Source: Nemertoderma westbladi
Taxonomy: Eukaryota; Animalia; Xenacoelomorpha
Length of the DNA stretch: 34,320 nt
NCBI GenBank assembly: GCA_032718475.1
Contig: JAUCBJ010000762.1
Location: forward strand, 1-34,320
Reading direction: 5' to 3'
Shown in pieces: positions 1-16,526 of the stretch. A program made the translations under genes and the position numbers. Position 1 is the stretch's first letter. Each line of letters opens with the position of its first letter. Below the pieces are notes generated by a model. That model saw only the letters and a list, made by a program, of their open reading frames with translations, was not told where the DNA came from and searched no databases.

Positions 1-5241
<5,241 letters not shown>

Positions 5242-5452
5242 TGTTCGCGCTTTTGAAGACCTTTAGCAGTTTAACCTGCCAATGATGTGGTTTAGCCTGC
5301 CAGTGATGACAGTTAGGCCTACTGACCTACAGAAGCACCGGTTCAGTTTTACCAGTCACTACGGTATTTTGCAACCTTATTGCCTACTGCAATAAGATTA
5401 TAAACTGTTACTGTTCGCGCTTTTGAAGACCTTTAGCAGTTTAACCTGCCAA
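5242..5452. repeat. 41-bp exact direct repeat, 170 bp apart
   Basis: TGTTCGCGCTTTTGAAGACCTTTAGCAGTTTAACCTGCCAA at 5242-5282 and 5412-5452. The first copy abuts the microsatellite. Confidence 0.95.
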
Positions 5453-6880
5453 AATTTATATGTCTTTTAGTTAATTAAAACCACTTTAGCATACGACAAT
5501 ATTTTATGCTAATACGCAAAACACTAGCCGAAGTCAGCCCATGCGCGATCATTCACCCGATGGATCTACACCCGGGAGACTGAATTCGGATGCTTAAATT
5601 TTATTATTGCAGTGTAAGGTTGCAGTGTATACCTACTGTATTATTCGATAGATCGTTAATAATTAATCTCTGACAGATATTATTGGCTTTCGGGAAATAT
5701 TAACAGTTCCTTTAGGACGTGGCGCTTTATCTATTTAAACAGAACTAAGACTTATACTAAAACGCAACGATACTGCTTATGATTGAAGTATAAAGCGTAT
5801 TCTTTAGGAAATACTTTGTTACCAATCACAATCATACACACTATTCTGCCGACCGTCAGTATATTTGATCACACATAAAGAGAGCAGCAATTGACTCACG
5901 TAGGGTCTGCTAAATAACATTGGATTCAATACACACCACATTAATATAAATCGCAATTGTTATGTATAGCCGGTCTCTCTAACCTGTAGTGTATCAAGAA
6001 AATTGGGAATTTGGGTGATTTATCCGTATTATCCAAAGAGCAATATTTCCATCAACAAATAGGTACAATTAATAACTGACGGTAAAATAACAGTACAAAC
6101 AATATGATTAATGCAATTAAATTAAGTGAGCATGTTAATTAGTGAGTTATTGAGATTAGTTAGGGTAACAGTTTATACTTTCGATAATTTAAGCAGTTTA
6201 CTAGAGTTCTTCCCAAAAAGCCGGTGTTTCTGGCTTAGACAGCAATAACAACAAAGTATCAAGTAAAAGCAGTAAGGCTGAACACTCTCCTTATGATCGA
6301 CCGAAAAGCTACACGTCGACAGGAAAAATCGCTCTGATTGGCTCAAGCCAAACAAAGAACCATGCATCCAATGGCTGTTTCCATGTCAGCCACCAGCTGT
6401 TAGATGTCGTAATATGAATCATCACGGCTAAGCTGTGAAAGGTAGTTGGTGCATTACAGGTTTTTTGCCTTACCATGTCCGCCAAAACACGTATATAGCA
6501 GAATGACTTTTATGTCCGTTAAAACACCTGTAACGGTACCTTGCGGGCGAGGGGAATATATATACAGTTAGAGAACCTTTTTAGAGTATTCCAGCGCCTG
6601 GGGGGAAACTGGATTGCGAAGCAAAAGGGGCCAGTTAGATCCCACAGAAGCTTTTACACCGCTCCCAGAAAATGGGATTTAAGTCTATAAAATATACAAA
6701 ATCACAGTTTCTAAAATATAAAAATACTCTAAACAGTTAGTCTTTCTTGCGCGGACGGCGTTTACGCAGTTTTTTAAAGCTAGCAAGAGTCCTTTTCTCT
6801 TTGGGGCGAGCCACTTTACGAGGAGGGCTATAACTCCTGGGTGAAGGGTGCAATATGATTGCATCAGAAGGTATGGGAGA

Positions 6881-7138
6881 GAATCCGCTCACCGAAACGT
6901 CCAGTCTCGCCTGCTGGTCGGTCGAGGTGGATCGGAGGGTGAACTGCTCACCCGACAGTGGCAGGAGCATTGGCTCAACAGCCACATTGTGAGCCACCTC
7001 GGTCAGGGAGTCGGCGACGAAGTCTCGGATCTCGTTGTGCCTTATAGAGGGAAACCCTCCAGTGGGGCACGACAGGATATGAGAAGCGGAAAATCGCTCC
7101 CCACAGGCACAACGAGATGGGAGGTTCTTCGGCGACCA
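6881..7138 (-). mobile_element. Fragment of a non-LTR retrotransposon with a restriction-like endonuclease (CRE-like): zinc knuckle and start of the nuclease domain
   Basis: Translation WSPKNLPSRCACGERFSASHILSCPTGGFPSIRHNEIRD...VEPML...ARLDVSVSGF has the CxC-x7-H-x3-C knuckle, the RHN motif and the R-x-D catalytic-type motif of RLE elements. Homology appears to stop on both sides. Clade assignment is from motif recall only. Confidence 0.8.
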
Positions 7139-7247
7139 GGTGGTGGTGGTGGTAGAAGTGGTGGTGGTAGTAGTAGTGGTGGTAGTAGTTGTAGTGGTAG
7201 TAGTAGTAATAGTGGTGGTGGTAGTAGTAGTGGTAGTAGTAGTAGTG

Positions 7248-7282
<35 letters not shown>

Positions 7283-7331
7283 GGTAGTAGTAGTAGTGGT
7301 AGTAGTAGTGGTAGTAGTAGTAGTAGTGGTG

Positions 7332-7366
<35 letters not shown>

Positions 7367-7463
7367 GGTGGTAGTAGTAGTAGTGGTGGTAGTAGTAGTG
7401 GTGGTGGTAGTAGTGGTGGTGGTAGTAGTGGTGGTGGTAGTAGTAGTAGTTGTAGTGGTAGTG

Positions 7464-7495
<32 letters not shown>

Positions 7496-7803
7496 GGTAG
7501 TAGTAGTAGTGGTAGTAGTAGTAGTGGTAGTAGTAGTAGTAGTGGTGGTAGTAGTTGTAGTGGTAGTAGTAGTAGTAGTGGTAGTAGTAGTAGTGGTGGT
7601 AGTAGTAGTGGTAGTAGTAGTAGTAGTGGTGGTAGTAGTAGTAGTGGTGGTAGTAGTAGTAGTGTGTGGTAGTAGTAGTGTAGTAGTAGTAGTAGTGGTG
7701 GTAGTAGTAGTGGTAGTAGTAGTAGTGGTAGTAGTAGTAGTGGTAGTAGTAGTAGTAGTGGTGGTAGTAGTAGTGGTGGTAGTAGTAATAGTGGTGGTGT
7801 AGT
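7139..7803. repeat. Second (GTA/GTG)n microsatellite, ~0.66 kb, same orientation as the first
   Basis: Seen directly. Confidence 0.99.
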
Positions 7804-8616
7804 AATATAATAAACAGGGCATCGGGGACGAAGTTTGTCTGTGCAGCCGAGTTACCGGCGTACAGTACGGAGGCTAATTAGGAAAGCGATACAGATGTTA
7901 CTACCAGCAGCAGTACAATAATAAAAGGTTTGATATATTGTGCTATAAAGTCTATAATAATTATTTGTATCTGCCGATATTATTCTGTGTGAAGCATAAT
8001 GAAGGTTGAAGAATTACAGTTACATAGGAATTGTGGTTATAATTTCTCGGTAGGTTCTTATCAAATAGGATAGTGTACTGTAGGTCTATGTGTAGGCCTA
8101 TTTACATTAGACGTTCGTGGCAGGACGAAGTAGTAACATTATACAAAGCTCGCTTCGTGGCTCGCCCCACGGGTGTTGACTGTCACTGAGTATTGACTTA
8201 GGCGTTCTGCATAATGTTTGATTTGCTTAAAACGTTGTATTTATTGATATTATTTTTGATATCTTGACTCCATTCTACAAACAACCTTTGAATTTAAATA
8301 CAATCATTGTATAAAACCATCACATGTCAACTGATTTCGCATATAATTATTAACTCAACTCTGACCTGCTGACTGACAATTATATATTAATTCACAAAGC
8401 AAACAACCCCAAATGTACATTGTAGAGTAATCCATTACCCAGTTCCAATATTTATCTGTCCTATATATTAAATTATAGTACTGTATATCTATACTGTACA
8501 TACAGTAGGCGCCTAAATTATTAACATTGTATTATGATCTTACTCATTTAGATATTAAGTAAACTTTATGTTTCTATTTATTTATTGATATTATTTATTA
8601 ATGATTATAAACAACT

Positions 8617-9598
8617 ATGCACGCTTTAATTTTCTTCCTTCTGGCTTTGACAGCGACGGAGTGTAATACAAGATGGTCTTCGAAACTTCAACCACAATAC
8701 CAAACGAAATACTTACCTGTACAAGTTGACCACTTCGGTTTCGCATTGAACCAAACATTCCCAATGCGATACATAATCAGTTTAGAGAAATTTCAACCTG
8801 GTAATCCAATCCTATTCTACTGTGGGAACGAGGGTGATGTGATGGCGTTCGTGGAAAACACAGGAGCGATATGGGAGTTAGCGGAAGAGTTTGGGGGGAT
8901 GGTGGTGTTCGGAGAACACCGCTACTACGGTATGTCTATGCCGTTTGGTAAGGATTCATTCAAAGATAAAGAACATCTCACTTACTTTACTTCGGAACAA
9001 GCTTTAGCTGATTACGTTGAGTTATTGTCATACATAAAGAGCACGGTAGGTGGCGCTACAAACAGTCCCGTGGTTGCTATGGGCGGTTCCTACGGAGGAA
9101 TGTTAGCGGCGTGGTTGAGAATAAAATATCCGTGGGCTGTTGTAGGCAGTCTGGCAGCCAGCGCCCCTATCTTGCAGTTTAGCACACCATGCGAAGATTA
9201 CAACATTGTTTGTACCAAAGTGTTTGAGGCGGCTAGTGTGGAATGTGCCGACTCGGTACGTAATTCCTGGGGCCCCTTACTCAAATATGGGGAAACTCCC
9301 GAAGGACGTGATTGGCTATCTTCCGCATTCAAACTCTGCGAACCAATGAAAAATTCATCGGATTTCCAGAACCTTTTGGATTGGATATCAAACGTATGGG
9401 GCAGTTTGCCTATGATTAATTACCCTTACCCAACAAGTTTTCTCGTACCCGTTCCTGGTTGGCCAGTCAAGGAGTTGTGCAAACTATTAACCAATAGCAG
9501 CCTTCCTGAGAAGCAACTAATTATCAACATTCAGCGAGCAACTAATTTCTTTTATAACTACACCGGTTCTATACCGAAGTGCTTTAAATTATCAACAG
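8617..9598 (+). CDS. PRCP: Lysosomal Pro-X carboxypeptidase (peptidase S28), exon 1 of 3; spliced product 479 aa
   Basis: Signal-peptide-like N-terminus, VDHFGF, PILFYCGNEG, EHRYYG and nucleophile motif GGSYGGMLAAWLRIKYP. Donor G|GTAAAT at 9599 (phase 1). DPP7 is the alternative S28 paralogue. Confidence 0.92.
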
Positions 9599-10309
9599 GT
9601 AAATAATGAACAGTCTTCTATTCATAGCACTGTGTTGATGTAGCGTTACGGCAACAATCGCTTTACGGCCAATTTTTTGGTAGAGTAGCAGCCGTAAGGC
9701 GATTTTGAAAGTCGCGGTACGGCTACTGTCGCGTTACGGCCATATTTGAATACATATTTTACCTATTAATAATTGTAATATATATAATTTCTGTGATAAA
9801 GTAGGCCAAGTCAGCGTTCACTCGCATTATTATAATACCTGTATCCTACCATAATTAGTGAAGTGCACAGAAGCCTGGTTACTGAGATAGTGTAGGCCTA
9901 AGCAATTTACAATAATATTGTTACCATAAATAACTAATCTTAATTTAGAGCTATCTATCACTCTGATGGTTATGATATAGTTACAATAAGTTCCTACTGT
10001 TGTACTGTACCTCGGCCATTCGCGTCAAACTTGGTACTATGCAGTAGTGAGCTACTCTCATTGCTCAAAATTAAATATTAAACACCAACTTACTGTATGT
10101 GTTTAGAGAGTTTAAAGAATAATTTAATTTATATTTTAAAACATTATGGGAAAGGACCCGATTACATTAACATTTGCGTTCTTTTCTAACCAATACAATA
10201 AACGAAACTTTATTTCGCTTGCATTTGCACTGGAGATAACTATTTCAAATTGAGGTAAATTTGCGCCACTATCTGAAATATGTAAGTATCGAAATATATG
10301 TTTCTATAG

Positions 10310-10535
10310 ATACAGGTGGACTGGATACGTCAGGGTGGGATTACCAGTCCTGTACCGAAATGTATATGCCGATGTGTTCGACTTCTAAGGCGTCCATGAT
10401 GCAGCCAATGGCTTGGAACCAAACAGAATATATGGAAAACTGTTGGAAGAAATATAAGGTGGTACCTCGGCCACAATGGGCTACTAAACAATATGGCGAC
10501 ATTGATATTCGTGGCTCTAGTAACATTATATTCAG
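10310..10535 (+). CDS. PRCP: PRCP exon 2
   Basis: Acceptor TTTCTATAG at 10301-10309 restores frame (G+AT = Asp). Encodes GWDYQSCTEM...SNIIF. Donor AG|GTTTCT at 10536 (phase 2). Confidence 0.9.
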
Positions 10536-11140
10536 GTTTCTACCTTATTGATAAACATATTAGCGACGTTCACAAAACATTATAATCACGATTAGAATTT
10601 TAGAACGACTTACACTGTATCAAAAATAACGACTTAGATTATTAACTTCGAAAAATAACTATCTATTTATACGATTTGTGTGTAGGTAGAGGTAAGTAAG
10701 GTAAAGTACTTCAATGGATAGTTTCACGACGGAATGGGGTTGGATAAAATAAGATTATATATAAGATTATTGAACGGATTATAGAAGTAGAAAACGTAAT
10801 TATAAAAATTTCACGAAAGACTCAAAAGTTTTGTAATTTAAGTGCTACTGTAGACTTTGCCGGTACTGGTGCACTGGTAGCTATGTTGGTTGTGCGCTCC
10901 AAACGGCAACTTTTTGCGTCAGTAAAAAAAATGATTACGCACCTTAATTTGAATGTCACTTGTTTTAGTTGAACGTTACGGTAAAATGGCCTAGCAATAG
11001 CAAAAAAATGAACAATTCGCAGCATGCAAGGGATGTTTGATTTACTGTATGGCTATTTGTTATATTATTTATATTATATTATTTGCTTAGGTCCTATACA
11101 AAGGATTTCCGTTAATATTAATTAATTTTCGTTGTTTCAG

Positions 11141-11372
11141 TAACGGAGTTTTAGATCCCTGGTCCGCGGGGGGCGTCAGGAAGTCACTGTCGGACTCGCT
11201 CGTAGCCATAGAGATTGAGATGGGAGCTCATCATCTGGATCTACGGAGTTCCAATCCGAAGGATCCACCGTCCGTACGGATCGCCCGCCTACAGGAACGA
11301 GCCATCATCAGGGGATGGTTGAAGGATTATTATTACAAAGTGAAACCTCACCGGGATATAAAACTTGTATAA
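11141..11372 (+). CDS. PRCP: PRCP exon 3 (absent from the ORF track), carrying the catalytic Asp and His
   Basis: Acceptor TGTTTCAG ending 11140. Reads (S)NGVLDPWSAGGV...GAHHLDLRSSNPKDPPSV...IKLV, stop TAA 11370-11372. Exons total 1440 nt, in frame. Confidence 0.93.
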
Positions 11373-11376
11373 TAAA
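11371..11376 (+). terminator. Candidate poly(A) signal overlapping the PRCP stop codon
   Basis: GTA-TAATAAA. A further AATAAA lies at 11542-11547. Confidence 0.45.
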
Positions 11377-11505
11377 CGTATCTCATCGCTACTACAGTAA
11401 ACATGTAAAGATTCGAGACAGAGGGGTGGGGGGGAAACTGGACGCAAAACCCGCCTTGGCGAATTAATATACCGCCTCAATGTTAAATTCTCAATTTAGG
11501 GTAAG

Positions 11506-11552
11506 AAGCAGGTTACAGTGGCACGCTATTTTAACCAAAACAATAAACGAAA
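11506..11552 (-). repeat. Copy of a dispersed ~48-bp motif TTTCGTTTATTGTTTTGGTT-N~13-CTGTAACCTGCT
   Basis: Related copies at ~12226-12243 (-, partial), ~14103-14180 (+), ~14239-14287 (+) and ~32057-32105 (+). Confidence 0.8.
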
Positions 11553-12290
11553 CACAATAGAACAGGTTACAGTTTTATTTTTGAGAATAATCAGCTGATA
11601 TTTGCGTCGATTTTCCCCTATCTGAAAGATTCACATTGATTTAATAATAATGTACTGTAGGTGCGAATTAGTGAAGTTAAATCAGTACCGTAGGTATAAT
11701 AGGGGTACTGTAAGTACAGTAGGCTAACATTGTACATCGTACATTGTATTGTATTTATTGACTCTTTTTTTGAAGGAGTCAAAATAATGTTATATTTAAA
11801 AATAAATAGTTAATTTAGTCATCGAGCTATCATAATTTTTTATTTTAGTGATAACCATCGAAAGAAATCGCAATTTTACCGCAAAAAGACAATAAATTCT
11901 CCCGAAATATTTTTCTCTGAAATTCTCTACCTTAATACCGGAACTACAGTAACTGGAACCCCACTACAGTGAGTACTAAGATGTAACCTATGATTGTGTG
12001 TCCCAGCCCTGGTCCTTTCACATTTCCCTCAATGTATATGGTACAGTAGGAAAAAGTCAGGTTGTTTACTTCTACTTAGGCTATCGGAACTGGTCCGGGT
12101 TTAGGGTTTGATTGCATTTGATCATGTGTCCCTGACAGCCTGGCGTTAGGTCTTGGGGCATTTAATTTGGTCTGTTAACAATTAAGAGAAAGGACCAGTT
12201 AAAAAGTGGAAAATTTATATTTTCGAACCAAAACAATAAACGATATACCGTTTTGGACCTAATACTAATACTGTACTATACATTCAGCTT

Positions 12291-13255
12291 ATTATTACCC
12301 TGTTCCCATCCTTACTTAACGCTTTCAAATCGAGACTCAATAACCACTACAAAAACTTGCCGCTCAAAGTTCCCCCCTCCTGGTGGTCGGAATAACGAGA
12401 CTTAGAGTAGACTTCTCCACAAACTCACATTTTATATATTTAATTGTTTTTTTTTTAGTCGCTATCAATTTTTATCGCATTTTATCTTATTTTACTTATC
12501 AAACTATTTTTCATCGTAACCATTATACAGTAATTTCTACCAATCGTTCGTATTTTTAAATAGACCCAAATGGTGCAACTGTCAAATATAACTTGTGATT
12601 TTATTTCTCAAATAATCCGATTCGTTATATTTTATTTTAATTAAATCCATCAGTTCTACATACCAAACTGTTTCTATACAACGATTGTATAGAATATTTT
12701 AATTTAATTTTATATTTTATTTTAACCCTTAAAGCTTAAACAGTGTAATTATTTTCCCTACGTGTAGTGTAAGCTAATTGATGTAAATTTATGTGTTCAA
12801 ATGTCTTGATCGATTTTACAAACCGTACTGTTTTTATAGCCATGGATTTATCTGATACAGTATTTTAAATTAATTTTATATTTTAATTTAACCCTTAAAC
12901 AGTGTGATTATTTTCCCTACGCTGCTACGTGTAGTGTAAACTCATCCATGTAAATTTATGTGTTCAAATGTTTTGACCTATTTTACATACCGTACTGATT
13001 TTATACGCCATGATTTTATCTAATATTTTACAAAATTTTATCAGTTTCATGATTTTACTAAACGTATGCTACACGTATACTGCAGTACTGTACATACATA
13101 CATACCGGTAATACATATTATTTACTCTCAGTTTGATCTTTCCAGTAATTCTGTAATTGGTTTTTCTATCGATTTGTAAGGGCATGAAGGGTGCTGCCTG
13201 CCATAAGCATTTAGCTTCCTTTACCGGCAACTATTAAACATTAAACATAAACATT
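12291..13255 (+). mobile_element. Probable 3'-end relic of a CR1/L2-group LINE (ORF2 C-terminus, AT-rich 3' UTR, short-repeat tail)
   Basis: 12291-12395 reads IITLFPSLLNAFKSRLNNHY...*, resembling the 'SLNSFKSRL' terminal motif of CR1/L2 ORF2. Ends in ATTAAAC-ATTAAAC-ATAAAC at ~13233-13252. Joining the two ends into one element is inference. Confidence 0.5.
12697..13024. repeat. Diverged two-copy tandem duplication, period ~166 bp
   Basis: AATTTTATATTTTA..TTAACCCTTAAA..CAGTGT..ATTATTTTCCCTACG..ATGTAAATTTATGTGTTCAAATGT..CCGTACTG..GCCATG occurs at ~12697-12857 and ~12863-13024. Confidence 0.9.
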
Positions 13256-13789
13256 ACTTGCTTACTGCATACTGCGCTACCAGCATTTACTGGCTGAGCT
13301 GACTATGTCTGTATGCGGACTGTGCTGCTGTACAAATGCTGAAATGTACGCACAGTCAGACAATCTGACAGTGCGGTGTCACATACAGACATAGGCCTAC
13401 AACTGACATAACCAACCATACTCAGCTACTAAACTGTACTACAGACTACAGTCTGACAGTACTATGCCTGTCTGCCGGTACCACGTTTTTGTTTGTACCT
13501 GGTTTGTACCGGCTGACCGGACCGGTCTGCCGGTATATTCAGATATTTATACTGTACTGTGTGACTGCATGACTGAAACGTGCTGACGTGTAACTCGTGT
13601 AGTGTCAGAGTGTAGTCTGGTACTGCTACCTTACCTACAGACCCCCAGTCGTCTGGTCGTGTTAGCCCTAGGCTGTTAGGGAAGGATACAAATAACAGAT
13701 GAAGTGAAGATATGTCCATCAAATTACTATCGGGTGTCGCGGTGTCGGCGTCGGGCTGTCGGGTGACAGACCGAACGTAATCCATAATC

Positions 13790-14385
13790 AGGATCGAATG
13801 TAACATACCGGTAGTTTTTAGGAATCGAACGTAACCTCAATTATGTTACATTGGATCCTATAACGCATTGTTGTCCGAATCCGAATGTTGCATTCGGATT
13901 CGATCTACAAATTACTAAGCTCGAATGTAACATCCTGAACATACCGGTAGTACTGCGGTACATTTATTTAAGTTGTGTTTTGATTTCAGGAGTTGGGCCT
14001 AACCGATGAAATGCTTCGTTTATTTACAGGAAGAAACAGTTTGGTGAGTACAAAACAAAGACCCAATTAAGTAACCTGCATAATCTTGTAACATGTGTTA
14101 ACTTTTGTTTATTGTTTTTGTTCCCCCGGCCAGCCTGCCCCCAACAGGCCTCTGTAAGCCAGTAAGCTGTAACCTGCTCCTTTCAGCCTTTAAATAAAAG
14201 TAACCTGTATAATCTTGTAACATGTGTTAACTTTGAACTTTCGTTTATTGTTTTGGTTCCTCCAACACGTCTCTGTAACCTACTCCTTTAAATGGCAATG
14301 TTACATTCCTGCATTCGGGCTTAGTAATTTGTAGATCGAATGTAACATAGGCCTAGTTATAGGATCCAATGTAACATAATCTGAT
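13790..14385. mobile_element. Inverted-repeat (MITE-like) structure upstream of COPA, arms rich in CGAATGTAACAT motifs
   Basis: TTATGTTACATTGGATCCTATAAC (13841-13864) is the reverse complement of 14357-14380. TTCGATCTACAAATTACTAAGCTCGAATG (13899-13927) pairs with ~14313-14341 with 1 mismatch. Internal direct repeat at ~14072-14125 and ~14201-14260. Exact ends and TSD not resolved. Confidence 0.6.
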
Positions 14386-14792
14386 AATTGCGGGATCATT
14401 CCTGTTTGGGGGGCCTCCATCCTACTGTCCTATCTGCCTACCTGTATACTACAGTACTATTCTATTACCATTATTTATGTTTATTACCACTATTACCTAT
14501 TTGTATTATAACAACAGTCAGACAGTGACAGTACATACAGACATACATACACGCTTATTACGGCCTATTCTATTCTATTACCGTAGCGTAGTTTGCCAGA
14601 TATGTTCATTTATGTTAATCTACGCCTCTACTGTACCGGTAGGCCTACATTTCCAAAAATTTATATTTTATTGCTACCGGTACCTCTGAACTGAAAACCC
14701 TGGAGCTGTTCTTTACCGTAGTTTACTGTACTTTGATAATAAAACTACAATCAACTGTTTATAAATATATCTATAAGTCCAAGCTCTGAGCT

Positions 14793-16082
14793 ATGTTGAG
14801 TAAATTTGAAACTAAATCAGCGAGAGTGAAGGGACTCACGTTCCACCCTAAACGGCCATGGATCCTATCAAGTTTACACAATGGTATAATCCAGCTGTGG
14901 GATTACCGCATGTGCACGCTGCTGGATAAATTCGACGAGCACGATGGGCCGGTAAGGGGAATATGTTTCCACAACCAACAGCCGCTGTTTGTTAGCGGCG
15001 GTGACGATTACAAGATCAAAGTTTGGAGCTACAAACTGAAACGTTGTTTGTTCACATTGTTGGGCCACTTGGACTACATCAGAGCGACCAACTTCCACCA
15101 CGAGTATCCATGGATACTGAGTTGCTCGGACGACCAAACAATACGCATCTGGAATTGGCAGAGTCGCACGTGTATCTGCGTGTTAACCGGACACAACCAC
15201 TACGTAATGTGCGCTCAGTTCCACCCCTCGGACGACCTTGTGGTGTCCGGATCGCTGGACCAAACCGTCCGAGTCTGGGACATATCCGGACTCCGGAAGA
15301 AGAGCGTCGCCCCGGGTCCCGGCGGGTTGGAGGAGCGACTCCGGAATCCCGGACACACGGACCTCTTCGGAACCACGGACGCCGTTGTCCGACACGTGTT
15401 GGAGGGACACGATCGCGGGGTCAACTGGGTCGCCTTCCACCCCTCTTTGCCGCTTCTCGTCAGCGCCGGGGATGACCGGATGGTGAAGATGTGGAGGATG
15501 AGCGACAGTAAAGCCTGGGAAGTGGACAGCTGTCGCGGACACTACAACAACGTGTCCAGCTGTATGTTCCACCCGCGAGCCGAGCTCATTCTCAGCAACA
15601 GTGAGGACAAGAGTATCCGAGTGTGGGACATGCAGAAGCGGACCTGTCTGCAGACATTCCGGAGGGACCACGATCGGTACTGGGTGATGGCGGCCCATCC
15701 CTCGCTCAATCTGTTCGCGGCCGGACACGATTCCGGGACGGTTGTCTTTAAACTCGAGCGGGAACGTCCGGCCTACGCGGTGCACAACAACCAGCTGTTC
15801 TACGTGAAGGATAAGTTCCTCAGAAAGTTGGATTTCAGTTCGAATAAAGACGTTTCCGTGATCCCGTTGCGAGTCGGGCGGCATCCCATCTACGCGATGT
15901 CTTACAACGCAGCCGAGAACGCGGTTCTACTCGCGACCAGGACCACCAACATAGAGAGTTCTACCTACGATCTCTACGCGATCCCCAAGGGTTCCGAGTC
16001 CGAGGCCGATAGTAAGCGGTCCGGTGGGATCACTGCTGTCTGGGTCGCCAGGAACAGGTTCGCCGTGCTCGATAAGTCCAAG
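14793..16082 (+). CDS. COPA: Coatomer subunit alpha, exon 1 (WD40 region); spliced product 1212 aa
   Basis: [25 protein letters not shown]... is the highly conserved alpha-COP N-terminus. Donor AAG|GTGGGT at 16083 (phase 0), where composition switches to AT-rich. Confidence 0.98.
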
Positions 16083-16526
16083 GTGGGTGCTGATGCTGAT
16101 TACTTTTATATGCTATGACTATATAGTTTCGTAACTTTTCACACATTTTTTGTAGTTTATTTCATTATTTTATTTTTTAACGGGGCATTTAAAACATAAG
16201 AGTAGGACGGCCAAGTACGGTAGTGTTGAGCACAGTGACCTCATATGACCTCCTAAGACTGTAAGACTATATGAATAATATAATTCCAATATATATATTT
16301 ATTGCAAAATTTTTACATTCTATTTTGGGTTTGTTACTAATGGCCGAAAATGTGCCGAATTACTGTTTACAAAGCATTGAAAGCAACAATAGACAATAGA
16401 GTGACTATATTATATAGCTATGTTCTGTTTATACTTTATTTCCATTTTCCTTTTGTTTCATATCACTTTCTGCTCTGTTTACTTTATTCCCCCCCCCCCC
16501 ATATTTATATCCTCCTTGACCCCCAG

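Noticed and set aside
6330-6375. CCAAT-box promoter (ATTGG and CCAAT)
   Set aside because: No adjacent gene start, and such motifs are common by chance and in repeats.
6737-7822. 361-aa mucin-like poly-Thr protein (and the overlapping + strand ORFs)
   Set aside because: Composite of microsatellite and retroelement fragment. No signal peptide or gene structure.
8100-8175. YKARFVAR peptide resembling the Copia RT motif YKARLVARG
   Set aside because: Too short, with no flanking homology or LTR. Compatible with chance.
16350-16526. N-terminal 59 aa of the 841-aa ORF as a separate gene start
   Set aside because: Intron sequence with a polypyrimidine tract. Splicing 16082 to 16527 yields full-length COPA.
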